Shown here: positions 49,334 through 60,550 of the stretch, piece by piece
Layout of the letters: each line of letters begins with the position of its first letter
How positions within the stretch are numbered: position 1 is the first letter of the stretch
Source: a virus
Lineage: Duplodnaviria > Caudoviricetes
DNA length: 64,000 bases
IMG/VR virus record: IMGVR_UViG_3300014208_000023
Location: 32,001-96,000 of that record
Strand: one strand, 5' to 3'
Translations under genes and position numbers: made by a program
Notes under the pieces: model-generated
What the model saw: only the letters and a program-made list of their open reading frames with translations
What the model was told of the DNA's origin: nothing
Databases searched by the model: none

Positions 49334-51259
49334 ATGAGTAAGAAATCAGTTGAAGTCAAAAATCTTGAAAAACAAATCAAGAAGGCTAGTAACGCATATT
49401 ATAATAAAAAAGATGGTAGCAACGAAGAGGTTGCTATGTCTGATGCGGCCTATGATCTTCTTATAGATAGGCTTGCCGAATTGGATCCAAAAAATCTAAT
49501 GGTAACTTCTATTGGTGCGCCAGTTGAAGAAGATGGCTGGAAAAAAGCCAAACACCAAGTAATGATGGGCTCTTTGAATAAAGCCGCCGAGGCAGAAGAA
49601 ATTAATGTCTGGCTAGATAAATACATCAAAGAAACTGACGAAGTATTTATAATTGACAAGGTTGATGGTCTTTCTATTGAATGTCTTTATGAGGACGGAA
49701 AATTAATTAGCGCCATCTCAAGAGGAGATGGTAAAATTGGCGATGAGATTTTTGATAACGTATCAAAGATGGGCGGAGTTAAATTAGTTTTACCGCTACT
49801 ATTTACTGGAAGTCTTCGTGGCGAGATCATTCTTACCAAAGAAAACCACAAAAAACACTTCGCCGATAAGGCTAACGTTCGCAATACTGCCGCTGGAGTA
49901 GCCAGAAGACTTGATGGTGAGGGCTGTGAGCATCTAGATGTTATATTCTATCAGGCCGTAGGCAATGTGGAGTTAGCTACCGAAGTAGAGCAAATGGAGT
50001 TTCTAACTAAAAATCTTGGATTAAACACTCCAAAGTGGAGTTGCTCATTTGGAACATTAGATAAGAAATCATATGTAGATAGCGCTTATAACTCTTATAA
50101 GGATGAGATTCGTGCTGGCCTAAACTATGAAATTGACGGTCTAGTTGTTAAGGTAAATAATCTGCAAGAGCAGCAAGACCACGGAGAAAGAGACGGCCGA
50201 CCAAAAGGAGCCATTGCGTATAAGTTTCCTGTTGAAAGAGCCAATACGGTAATAACCAACATAGTTATTCAAACTGGCAACTCTGGGAGACTAACTCCCG
50301 TAGCTGAATTTGACCAGGTGCTGTTAGCCGGAGCTATGATTGGTAGGGCCACGCTGCACAACTTTAAACGAGTTCAAGAGCTAGGAATTGATGTTGGCGC
50401 TGAAGTGGTAATCACAAGACGTGGAGATGTTATTCCAGCAGTTGAAGCTGTGCTAAAATCAACTGGCAGTATATTTCAAACACCAACAGAATGTCCTGTC
50501 TGTGGTGGTGATGTTGAGATGCAAGGAGAGAATCTTATGTGCCTCTCTACTGACACCTGCCCAGCACAAGTAAAGGGAAGAATTTCTAATTGGATTAATG
50601 CTATTGGAGTTCTTGAGTGGGGAGATAAGATTGTAGACAAGCTAGTTGAAAGCGGATTGGTTAAAACCATTGCTGATATTTATAAGCTGTCTATAAAAGA
50701 CCTTATGAGCATAGAGCGAATGGGCGAGATTTCTGCTAAAAAATGTCACGCCATTCTGTGGTCACACAAAGTTATTCCTCTAGATATCTTTATTGGCGGA
50801 TTAAGCATTCCAACGGCAGCATCATCAACTATTAGAATGCTAATGGAGGCCGGATATGATTCTATGGATAAGATTCTAGATCTTCGCAATACAGATGGTT
50901 CTGAAGTTATGAAGGTCAAAGGAATTGGGGCTGCCAAAGCCAAACTGCTTATTGATGGACTTAAAAGAAACAATAAAATCATAAATGAAATCCTAAAATC
51001 AGGAATCACTATACGTCCCAACGTAGAAGGCAATCTTACTGGCAAAAAAATTGCCATTACTGGAGCAACAAACTTAAAGCGATCGGTATTGCAGGGCCTT
51101 ATTTCAGACAACGGCGGATCATATAAATCAAGCATCAGTAAAGACTGCACGTTTCTTGTTATATCAGATCCGAACAGCGCCTCCATCAAGGCAGTAAGCG
51201 CTCGTGGAATGGGAATTAAGCTAATAAGCGAAGATGAGTTATTGGAGATGATAAAGTGA
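49334..51259 (+). CDS. ligA: NAD-dependent DNA ligase
   Basis: DKVDG adenylation motif, RGDG, EIDGLVVK, AIAYKF, Zn finger, HhH, BRCT. Confidence 0.97.
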   Translation: MSKKSVEVKNLEKQIKKASNAYYNKKDGSNEEVAMSDAAYDLLIDRLAELDPKNLMVTSIGAPVEEDGWKKAKHQVMMGSLNKAAEAEEINVWLDKYIKETDEVFIIDKVDGLSIECLYEDGKLISAISRGDGKIGDEIFDNVSKMGGVKLVLPLLFTGSLRGEIILTKENHKKHFADKANVRNTAAGVARRLDGEGCEHLDVIFYQAVGNVELATEVEQMEFLTKNLGLNTPKWSCSFGTLDKKSYVDSAYNSYKDEIRAGLNYEIDGLVVKVNNLQEQQDHGERDGRPKGAIAYKFPVERANTVITNIVIQTGNSGRLTPVAEFDQVLLAGAMIGRATLHNFKRVQELGIDVGAEVVITRRGDVIPAVEAVLKSTGSIFQTPTECPVCGGDVEMQGENLMCLSTDTCPAQVKGRISNWINAIGVLEWGDKIVDKLVESGLVKTIADIYKLSIKDLMSIERMGEISAKKCHAILWSHKVIPLDIFIGGLSIPTAASSTIRMLMEAGYDSMDKILDLRNTDGSEVMKVKGIGAAKAKLLIDGLKRNNKIINEILKSGITIRPNVEGNLTGKKIAITGATNLKRSVLQGLISDNGGSYKSSISKDCTFLVISDPNSASIKAVSARGMGIKLISEDELLEMIK

Positions 51260-52060
51260 AAAAAGATCATAAATTCGTTAAGTCAGACATAGTTATCCAT
51301 CCTGATGGGTGGCAAGGAGAAATAACTAACATTAGCGCCAGTGGCAGGCTTGGGTTTGTTGGTCGTTGGGTTAGTCTGGATGACTTGGAATTTTGCTATA
51401 ATGCAGACGAGGCCGATGAAGAAGCTGGTCGCAAAAGCACCGGCTCATTACCATCTACTCCTCATGAAAATTCCACGATAGATCATGAGTCTATTACTGC
51501 CTTATTAAGTTGGCGAGATAGTAGTACCGATCATTATGGGGATGATTTAATAGCTCTTCTAATGGCAGAGTTTAGCTCTGATCCATATACATTACATCAT
51601 AACAGAAAGGATATTCCTGGTGAATACCTAAAAGGATTAGAAGAAATTAAAAAATTATCTTATGATGATCAACATAAAATAATTGAGGCTTTTGTAGAAA
51701 AACAATGAAAAAAGTAGAATCAGACGGCAAATGCCCTATGACTGGTCATCAGTGCACGTGCATTCCACGCACAACAGGCCATTGGTGTTGTTGGAGCATT
51801 CCTAGAACAGAGATGGAAGCGTATCGTGCAACTCTAGAAATAGAGCAGTCTGATGATTCGGATGATAAGAAATGAGTCGTTCGCGTAGAAAAAAGAAACG
51901 CGACAAGGTGTTTCCAATATTTGAGACAGGTTGTCCGCTATGTGATCCCGAAGCTAGACGTCAGATTGGACGCGAAGCAGAAGATCGTGATGAGACCAAG
52001 TTTATTCATAAAACTATTGCTGAAGACCTGGCTGACTATAAAGATAAGGAAGATAAATGA
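51256..52060 (+). other. Hypothetical CDS (51256-51708, small Cys-rich ORF ~51705-51869, 51872-52060 basic CxxC)
   Basis: Contiguous plus-strand ORFs. Confidence 0.6.
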
Positions 52061-52479
52061 AAAGAGTTGTAATTGAATCGCCATATGCAGGTGAAGTAGA
52101 AGAGAATGTTGCATATGCTAAACGTTGTGTAGGAGATTGTTTAAAGCGTGGGGAATCGCCTTATGCATCTCATTTGTTTTTTACGCAACCCGGAATGCTA
52201 GATGATTTGAAACCAGAAGAAAGAGAGCTTGGAATATTGGCCGGTTTTGCTTGGGGAAAAGCTGCCGATACAATAGTTTTCTATATTGATCGCGGAATAT
52301 CTGGAGGAATGCTTCGTGGAGTTACATCGGCACTTGAAAATAATAAAAACATAGAAGTCCGCTCTCTTGAGCGCAAAGTAACACAAGAAGACATTGGCAA
52401 ATTAGGACTTATTACTTATTTCAATAGAATTGAGGATGTGGCGCGAGAACAAACAGAGTTGGACTTACTTATTAGCTAG
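52057..52479 (+). CDS. Nucleoside-deoxyribosyltransferase-like / DUF4406-like phage protein
   Basis: VVIESPYAG..NVAYA..GESPYASHL..LDD..ERELGI.AG.AW..FYIDRGIS.GM. Confidence 0.7.
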   Translation: MKRVVIESPYAGEVEENVAYAKRCVGDCLKRGESPYASHLFFTQPGMLDDLKPEERELGILAGFAWGKAADTIVFYIDRGISGGMLRGVTSALENNKNIEVRSLERKVTQEDIGKLGLITYFNRIEDVAREQTELDLLIS

Positions 52480-52979
52480 TAGCCCGGCTCGTCTCTTTTA
52501 ATTTCCGGCTCATCTAACTCTATAGTTTCTTTTGGTGCTCCTGGTGGCCCAATATAATAATGACGATACGCTGCAAAATTAACTGCATCACGAAGAATTT
52601 CTAAATTAGTTTCAAGTATATCTATGGATGTTGAGGAGATGTTTTGCACTCCCTTCTTCTTTAGAACTTCTGCTGGATCTAGCCCTAATCCTTTTAATTT
52701 TTCTTTGCTTAACGTAAGAGCGGCCAATAGTGATTCTATTGTTTTAAGAGCAGACGCATCTCCATAGGCAGGCGCTTTTTTATAGGCAGCAATACCATCG
52801 AATATCTTTTTGGCTACGGCCGGCGAATAAAGATAGGTTCCGGTCCCTCTAAACGCAGAAAGAAGCGTATTTGACCACAAATCAATTTCTTTTTTCTGTG
52901 CCGGATTCATTTTTGTATTTAGCTGCTGAGCTAATTTAGCAAATATTTCACAGGCTAAAGATAGTTTTGGCGTATTCAT
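52476..52979 (-). CDS. Hypothetical protein with N-terminal LSLACEIF motif
   Basis: Isolated counter-oriented ORF. Confidence 0.7.
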   Translation of the reverse strand: MNTPKLSLACEIFAKLAQQLNTKMNPAQKKEIDLWSNTLLSAFRGTGTYLYSPAVAKKIFDGIAAYKKAPAYGDASALKTIESLLAALTLSKEKLKGLGLDPAEVLKKKGVQNISSTSIDILETNLEILRDAVNFAAYRHYYIGPPGAPKETIELDEPEIKRDEPGY

Positions 52980-53035
52980 TATGTATAATTATACTTTTTT
53001 AGTAGTCTAGGATATATGAAGAATAGGAGTTTATA

Positions 53036-53812
53036 ATGAAAGAGGATAATAAAAAAATTGAGCAACTTGAAAAAATTAATGCTCAATTAACGCAAAGAGT
53101 CAAAGAGCTTGAAGAAATAGTCCTATCGCCACAAGAAAACGAAGCGCTATATAATTATCAAAATTTTGGTATTGGTGCCGGAACCGATGAGATGGATAGA
53201 ATAGTTAAAAAAATTATGAAATTTTCAGTAGCGAGTAAGCCTAATGTTTAAAAAAGAATGTGAATGTAGAACGTTATTTAGAACCATAGAAGATTATAGA
53301 GATCATTTGCCATGTGATGCTTATAGTGAGAAAGATGCGTTAAAGATGGAGGTAGCCGCACTTAAAAAGTCAGCACAAGCAATGTCTGGAGCATTAAATC
53401 TTATCGATTACTATCTAGGCAATACTGAAGGCATGGGCTTTAACTATGAAATGAATTGCGATCCTCATGAAATTGCTGCCAGAGTAAAAATAGCCCTTAA
53501 ACCATTTGAATGTCATTGTGGATGTATGACAATTGGCAGATCTAATTATGGAATTTGCGTTCATAGAAATCAAATTAAATGAATTTAGAAATTGCGGGTT
53601 ACTGTGTGTATCTAGAAAATGACAAAATTGATCCGTCTCTTTTTGGAGATCGTAGAGCTAGACATGTTGGCAATACTCACGTGGTCTATTGTGAAAACAT
53701 AGAAGATGCTCAAGAGTTACAAAATAAAGTAAAAGGATCTAGTTACGGACCCTATTATCATCTCCGCAATAATAGTGGTATTCCTGATGAAAATGGAACT
53801 GTTTTATATTAG
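53036..53812 (+). other. Hypothetical CDS (53036-53251, 53244-53582, 53579-53812)
   Basis: Overlapping ORFs with GGAG RBS. Confidence 0.7.
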
Positions 53813-54040
53813 TTTTGCGCGGGCTGTATTTTACAATTGGTTTTATCGCTAGCTAGATTTAATATGGTTTTCTCAAGAATTTTTATTAGAGTTTCGGCAT
53901 CCTCATAAAAATATACATTTTTCACGTTAGTTTTAATGTTAGGGAAATCTTTTTTAGCAGTATATGCTATTAGGGCAAATAAGGCAAGCTCATCGCCATC
54001 ATTAAGGCCAAAATCTTTTTTAAGACCATATATCCACCCA

Positions 54041-54199
54041 TTAAATAATGTTATGGTATTTATTTTTAGCTATTTCAAGATGTTTTTTCCAGCGATCAGG
54101 TGCTGCATTACTAGACTTGCCAAAATAAAGCTTGCCATTTACTGTATTTGTTATTTTATATACTAAAAATTCTTTAACTATAGATACTTCTCGCGTCAT
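54041..54199 (-). pseudogene. Truncated GIY-YIG endonuclease remnant (52 aa)
   Basis: LVYKITNTVNGKLYFGKSS...RWKKH then premature stop. Confidence 0.6.
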
Positions 54200-54980
54200 A
54201 GCCCCCCTGCTCACTTACCAAATAACATAAACTATCATCTAACAATATATCGAATAAATCTACGGGCTTATCATTTAATGTGGCATTTCTTAAGCAAATC
54301 CGTATTGAGGATGAATAATCCTGATAGTCTATTGAGTGGCTCGTACAGTTTGGTTGAGGCCCTTGGATTGCGACCCCAGTGTTTGGATTAAACCACCCAT
54401 ATATACCTACGTTATTTTTATGAGTAAGTAACGCCTTATCTATCACAGTATCTTTTTTTGTTCCAGTCAATAATGTGAATGGTCTTCCCGCAATCTGCTT
54501 ATTAATTTCCGCATTATGATTGACCAATATTTGCGTGCCCATCATATTTAAGCTGGCCCCCATTGGTCTTGGGTTTAATTTAAGATCGGCCAATCTCCAA
54601 ATATCGTCACACATCTTTTTTGTCGGCATAGTGCAGTTGATTTGATCTAACAGTCTCTTGGCCGATCTGCCGTTTAAAGAAATCCGTAAATAATCATCAT
54701 TACTTCCAACGCTCAACACGTCTGGAGACACATAGTATTTCAGTAAATTACCCTGGGCCAAAACGGTGACTGGAGTAAAGTTCCTTACTGAATCAGGAAT
54801 ATTGCCCGAAAGTATTTCTTTAATAAAGTAATCATCTCTAGGCTGGCCGGAAAGACCTAATAGTGTCTGGCCTATTTGCGACCCTGTTTTGGCGCCGCCT
54901 TCTCTTTCTGGTAGATTTATCATTGATTTGCCTAATGTTGGAGATACTAACTCATTAACTTCAGGAATATAATTATTCAT
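54174..54980 (-). CDS. Conserved-type hypothetical enzyme (KKD..IYGW..G..IQ..H...Y.DYS family)
   Basis: GTKKDTV, VGIYGW, HSIDYQDYSSSIR; possible cell-envelope hydrolase. Confidence 0.6.
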   Translation of the reverse strand: MNNYIPEVNELVSPTLGKSMINLPEREGGAKTGSQIGQTLLGLSGQPRDDYFIKEILSGNIPDSVRNFTPVTVLAQGNLLKYYVSPDVLSVGSNDDYLRISLNGRSAKRLLDQINCTMPTKKMCDDIWRLADLKLNPRPMGASLNMMGTQILVNHNAEINKQIAGRPFTLLTGTKKDTVIDKALLTHKNNVGIYGWFNPNTGVAIQGPQPNCTSHSIDYQDYSSSIRICLRNATLNDKPVDLFDILLDDSLCYLVSEQGGYDARSIYS

Positions 54981-55786
54981 ACTAACAATACGTTCATTGC
55001 TTCAGCAACGAAAAAGTCTGCGCTATTTGAATCTAAAAGATAATCGCTAGATACCCAGGCGAACCCAGGCTTACCATTAATTGTCTTGCCCCAATCTCCC
55101 CAAGAGTTTAAGAGGCAAAATTCTTTCTTGCCACCATTATCACGAACGCCAACTAAAACCGTTGCGTGAAGACCGATGGTTTCAGATTTGGAAGGTGGAG
55201 TAAAAACAATATTGTCACCCATGTAGCTTTGGAACTTTGAGCTAACTGCGGTTCCCCATACTACTGGTAGCCCAGCCCTAATATTCATTTCAACATCCTC
55301 AAGTCTTTTTTGTCCAGAGCTGGATATTTGATGAAAGCTGCTTACCGTATTATCATTGGCCTGTTTGTATGCTAGGATAGATGGGGTATCAGCAAATCTT
55401 TTTGGATCCGTTTTCCACATACTTAACGAGCATGTGCCAAGAGACTCTAAGGAGTAGAAGTTGTTGTGTATGTAGCTGCCGTCATCCATTCCAATGTTAT
55501 TGTCGGCAACTCTCGCGTTGTAGTAAGTAAACATAGGGCTAAGAGGTTCAAAATTGGCCAGATCGCTGCTATTGGCTTTTACAATTTCTAGTGCAGTTGT
55601 GGTAGCGAATGCCGCACAAGCACTTAATGATCCTTGATTTTTAGTGGGAACTTTATCGCTTGGAATTACGTAGTGGTCTGCCGTATTAGCAGCCGCAGCC
55701 CGTTGTAGAGCGGCTGTTTGATTGAAGTCTTTAACATTTACGCTTCCGAAATTATTATTCGAAGGTTTATATCCAAATTTATTCAT
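54977..55786 (-). CDS. Papain-like (C1) cysteine peptidase
   Basis: NQGSLSACAAFA (Q..C), LSPMFTYY, GLHATVLVG, LLNSWG. Confidence 0.9.
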   Translation of the reverse strand: MNKFGYKPSNNNFGSVNVKDFNQTAALQRAAAANTADHYVIPSDKVPTKNQGSLSACAAFATTTALEIVKANSSDLANFEPLSPMFTYYNARVADNNIGMDDGSYIHNNFYSLESLGTCSLSMWKTDPKRFADTPSILAYKQANDNTVSSFHQISSSGQKRLEDVEMNIRAGLPVVWGTAVSSKFQSYMGDNIVFTPPSKSETIGLHATVLVGVRDNGGKKEFCLLNSWGDWGKTINGKPGFAWVSSDYLLDSNSADFFVAEAMNVLLV

Positions 55787-56115
55787 CGTGTTGTTCCTAC
55801 GCATTTATCAATTTCAGAGCAGCTTATGATTTTTGATAAGCATTCTGGGCCTAAAGAAATGCCGGCTGATTGCGTCTCTTCACAAAACTGGGTAAAGGTT
55901 TTGCCCTTTTTAGTTAGAGCTACTGTCTGGCAACAATACATATTTTCATTAGGGCTTATCCTGCATAAATCGGTCATGTGGCGCTCGGCCGATCCACAGT
56001 ATTGTGAGCCTACCGGTTTTGGAGTTTCTCTATAATCAATTGGCTTTGGTTTGCTTCCAGGTTGGCAGCCAATTATCAGGGCTATTACTGCCATTATAAC
56101 TGATATTTTTTTCAT
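55783..56115 (-). CDS. Cys-rich lipoprotein
   Basis: MKKISVIMAVIALIIG-C lipobox; GGAG RBS; start revised. Confidence 0.75.
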   Translation of the reverse strand: MKKISVIMAVIALIIGCQPGSKPKPIDYRETPKPVGSQYCGSAERHMTDLCRISPNENMYCCQTVALTKKGKTFTQFCEETQSAGISLGPECLSKIISCSEIDKCVGTTR

Positions 56116-56211
56116 ACTACATCTCCGTTTATAATTGTCGAGAGATGCAATTATGTCGATATATCTCTCGTGGGAATGCCAAAAAATAGCCACGGCCACG
56201 CGGAGAAATTA

Positions 56212-57249
56212 ATGTTTTTTAAAGAGAAAATATCCTTTGATGATGTTTTATTAGAACCAAAGTATTCAGAAATCAGATCCAGATCTGAAGTAGATTTATC
56301 TATTAATTTATGTAAGGGCTTCAGTTTTAGAATACCATTTATTCCCGCTAATATGCAAAGCATTATTAGTAAGCAAATGATTGATAGGATAGTGGAAAGA
56401 TCCGGGCTTATCTTTATGCATCGTTTTGGCAGTACTGAAGAGCAATTAAAATTAATTACTAAACTAACCGACTCATGGGGAGATAAGTTATTTAATTTCC
56501 TGGGCGTTTCAATTGGTGTCAAAAAACAAGACTATGATAATCTAAAATTCTTTAGCGAATTGGGAATAAAAATATTCTGCGTAGATATAGCGCACCTAGA
56601 TTCCGCACATGGCCTAGAAATGGTCAAGTATATTTCCACGAATTATCCTAAAGCCCTTTTGGTGGCCGGTAACGTTGCTACTGGAGAAGCGGCGGCAAGA
56701 GCATGGCGGGCCGGTGCCGATGTCGTAAAGGTAGGCATAGGATCAGGGTCTATTTGTAGCACTCGTATTGAGGCGGCAGCAGGAGTCCCCCAGCTGTCTG
56801 CCATTATTGATGTGGCCGAAGCTAAAAGGAAACTAGAGCCGGAGCTAGGAAGAAAAATTTACTCTATTTCAGATGGCTCAGCTAGAGAGGCTGGAGATTG
56901 TGTAAAGAGCTTATGTTTTAGTGATATGGTAATGCTGGGCTCATACTTTGCCGGAGCAGTTGAAACTCCTGGCGATGAGATTGAGATTAACGGCCAAAGA
57001 CTTAAGCCATATCACGGAAGCTCTACTCACAAGGACTCTAGGGTAGAGGGAGTTAAGGCGGCGGTTCATAGTAAGGGGCATGTAGGAGATTTAATAACCA
57101 AATTGTATGAGGGAGTTCAGAGCGGCTGTAGCTATCAAGGAGCCAGAAATCTAGAGCAACTTAAAAATGAGCCGGCCTTCATAAAAATAACTGGAGCAGG
57201 ACTTACCGAAAGTCGCATACACGACGTAATCATTCCTTTGCACTACTAG
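56212..57249 (+). CDS. IMP dehydrogenase / GMP reductase family (no CBS domains)
   Basis: FDDVLLEP, VDIAH, AGNVAT, GIGSGSICSTR, YHGSS, ESRIHD. Confidence 0.92.
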   Translation: MFFKEKISFDDVLLEPKYSEIRSRSEVDLSINLCKGFSFRIPFIPANMQSIISKQMIDRIVERSGLIFMHRFGSTEEQLKLITKLTDSWGDKLFNFLGVSIGVKKQDYDNLKFFSELGIKIFCVDIAHLDSAHGLEMVKYISTNYPKALLVAGNVATGEAAARAWRAGADVVKVGIGSGSICSTRIEAAAGVPQLSAIIDVAEAKRKLEPELGRKIYSISDGSAREAGDCVKSLCFSDMVMLGSYFAGAVETPGDEIEINGQRLKPYHGSSTHKDSRVEGVKAAVHSKGHVGDLITKLYEGVQSGCSYQGARNLEQLKNEPAFIKITGAGLTESRIHDVIIPLHY

Positions 57250-57257
57250 GATTTATA

Positions 57258-57806
57258 ATGAGCAATAACAACATTAATTTAGAATTCCTTTTGAAAGTTT
57301 TGTCACTAACTGCTAACATATCATATATGGATATTTGGTGGAGAACCGATGGCGATTATGCTCCAGTAAGTATTTTTATAAACTGCCATAATGTTTTTAG
57401 TGAAGGGTTTGCGGATTTTGAATCAATAACTCCTGATAACATCCACATCCTTGAAAAGGCATCGGAAGATATAAAGGCAATTGGAGCGTCAGACGAATTC
57501 ATTCCTATGTTATTCTGCGCAAGAATACGAAAACAAAGGCCTAGAGACGAAATGATTCCTGATAACAATAAGGTCATGAAGCTTTTTCATGAGTGCGGCC
57601 CATATATTTTATATCCAGATTTATTTGTTCCAAAATGTGCAGAGACAAATGAAGATATTGCTGATGACCCTGATACTAGCGGTAGTTGGTGGCAGAGGCT
57701 ATTAGAGTTCATTTCAAATATCTTAAAAAGAATTAGCCAAACTATTGGTAATGCAACTGAAACCGTTACTGGTTTTGTTAAGGAGAAAATTGAAGGTTTG
57801 GTATAA
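57258..57806 (+). CDS. Conserved-type phage hypothetical protein
   Basis: FINC..F..G.ADFE.IT..LFCARIRKQRP pattern. Confidence 0.7.
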   Translation: MSNNNINLEFLLKVLSLTANISYMDIWWRTDGDYAPVSIFINCHNVFSEGFADFESITPDNIHILEKASEDIKAIGASDEFIPMLFCARIRKQRPRDEMIPDNNKVMKLFHECGPYILYPDLFVPKCAETNEDIADDPDTSGSWWQRLLEFISNILKRISQTIGNATETVTGFVKEKIEGLV

Positions 57807-60491
57807 AGCCGTTTGTGATAAACACAAAGAGATGATTGATATTTTCGTTAGTAACGTAGCGACAACGTATCATTATTTTCATGGACCACAAGGCGAGCGA
57901 TCACACGAAGATATGTTGATAAATGATTGGCTCGCCAAACATTATGATTGTAGTTTGCGGCTTATACATAACGATATTGATATGGACAAGTGTTTCAATG
58001 ATGGCTATATAGTTATCAAGTGTAAAAAACTTAAAATATAATAGGAACGAATGGCTTTTATAGAAGTAAAAACTTATAAGTTTATATGCGATTCATGTGG
58101 CATAGAAGAAATTTTCCAGGCACCCATGTTCAGACGCCCAGATAATTGGGTCGCTGGTAAAACAAATAATCCATATGCAAAATTTGAATATGAAAAAGAT
58201 ATTTGTCCGGACTGCAAAGACATTCAAAGAGGTAAGTGATGCATAAATATACTGTAGGACAAGAAGTAAGTTTGCAAGTAGATGACTATGGCAGTTGGGG
58301 AAACGGAAGCTGGGCAATAGGAAACGTAGTTGCCTGCATATTTGTTAATGGAAAGCCAGCATATGATATACAGGATCGTCAGGGATATATAATTCGAAAT
58401 GTTATGGAAGAATTCAAATGATGATTAATATATCAGATCTAAATATTGAAAATTTTGAAAATAAATTAATAGATTTATCTAAAAATTATAGTAAAGCAAT
58501 AGTTAATTTAAATGGATATTTAAAATTACTTAAAAGTGCAAAATATTTAGGAAATGATTCTGTTATTGATATCGTAGTTTTGCGAGAATCATTAAGTGCC
58601 GGACATTACGCCAATATTGGTGAAATGCAAATTTACTGTAGTCCGTTCATAGCTGATGACGAAATGGAAATAGAAAAATAAATATGCATAAATATACGAT
58701 TTGGGGTGCCGATATTAGTTCCGACCAAGAACTAGATTTAGATAATGAAGATGTTAAGCGTCAGCTTATAGAGGCTAAAGTTGAAATAGATAAAGAGGGA
58801 GTAGTTACTACCAGATTTATTATAATAGACGGAATGCTATACGCTCATTGCGATGATGATGGATCCGTATTTGCTACAATTTTTAAAGGATAAAATGATT
58901 GAGTCAGATGAGGAAATTAAGAATCCTATTTGTCATAAATGTCAGAAAAAAGAGGGAGCTCTTTTTACATACAACCCATACATATGGGCTATAATGAATA
59001 AAAAAACAGAAGAAAAATGGTGGTGCATAGGATGCCACATGGACGCATCGGAGTCAATATGAATGAGGCTTTGCATAATTTCATCCAGCGCACATTAATT
59101 CAGCCAGAATATCGCAACCGTAATTCAGCTAGAGATTATGAATTTCGTCTTCATTCTGGTGAAGAAGAGTTTAAACCAATGGAAATGAGTTATGTAGTTA
59201 ATCAAGCTATTCCAATGTATAGAATAAAGGAAATTATAAAATGAAAGAAAAGAAAAGTCCAAGTCTGCCATATCAAGGATTTTCTAGTCCAAATAGAATA
59301 ATGGGCCTATTGGTTCCAGCTTGGACTCTTGGTTTTGAAAAAGGCGGGTGGCGATGCAGGGATTGCTTTATGAGAGTTGAGCCTAATTCTTATTTGCCTG
59401 GTCCAAAAGAAAGAATGGTAGCGCCTTTTGATGAAGAGGTCCTATGTCCAGTTTGCAGTTCTTTTGTTAAGGAGCCTACCAAGAAAATGACTAAAGAAGA
59501 AATAGGGAATAAAAAAGAAGAAATAAGAAATAGGATTGGTAAATGATTTTATTAGACATTAAAGATATGAATGTTGATGGGCCAGACAATGAAGGAAAAT
59601 ATACAGTATCTTACGGGCCGATATCTATGTTTTTCTATCCGTCACAGTTTAAAAACAAAACTACTATGGAAGCCACAGGATTTATAGCCGACGCTCTAAC
59701 TAGAATGATTGAAAAAAATAAAATAGAGGTGGCCTCAGAATTGCTTACAAGTAAAATGTCTGGATTACTGCAGGAGCCAAATAAAACTGCCGCGAATATA
59801 ACGCCAAGACAGGCAATAGAAAATATGTCGGTAGGACACTCTATGTCGGTAAATGATTTTGTTGCGCTATTTTTCAAAAACCCATACGGGCCAAGCGAAT
59901 CTCGACGAGCAATTCTTGAGATGAAAGAAGAAGGGTTTTTAGATTTAGATAATATTGGCATGATGACCAGATGCGATAGGTTTAAAAAATGATAGGCAAT
60001 GAGATTAAAGATGATGAATATTATGATCTAGTTCCAGATGCAAAATCTGGCATTGAAGGTTATTGGGAAGGCAAAATAAAACAAGCCGGTATATTTGCGG
60101 ATTGCGTTGAAGCCAAAGATGTTTGGTATGAATGGAATATGGCGATAGGATGTGAGCACGCTGACGATGAGGCGGACGAATGTATTAACGAAAATACTGA
60201 TTTAAGTGGTTGGACCATATGAGCATAATGATTGAGCAGAAAATAAAAAGATTTAGCGTTTATGTTACGTCATTATCATGTGGCTTTCATATGAATTGCT
60301 GTAGCCTATTAACTCTTGAGGATGCTAAGAAAATTCTTTGTCATTATGGTAAAATGATCGGTGTTCAGTGGGTAATGGATTCAAAAATTAAAAAAGATAA
60401 TAAATGTTGCATAGCATATTTAGGATCGGCCACTTCCAAATGTTGGCCTGACTACGGATATACAGCATCCATATATGAGAATATATTATGA
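57790..60491 (+). other. Run of small hypothetical CDS (57790-58041, 58051-58239, 58236-58421, 58418-58681, 58684-58893, ~58895-59062, 59059-59244, 59241-59546, 59543-59992, 59989-60222, ~60219-60491)
   Basis: Tightly packed ORFs with ATGA overlaps; several CxxC zinc ribbons. Confidence 0.7.
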
Positions 60492-60550
60492 ATGAGTAAG
60501 GGCAATAGAAGTTAAGATAGAACTATAGGCCAATATTTTTGTATATAGTT

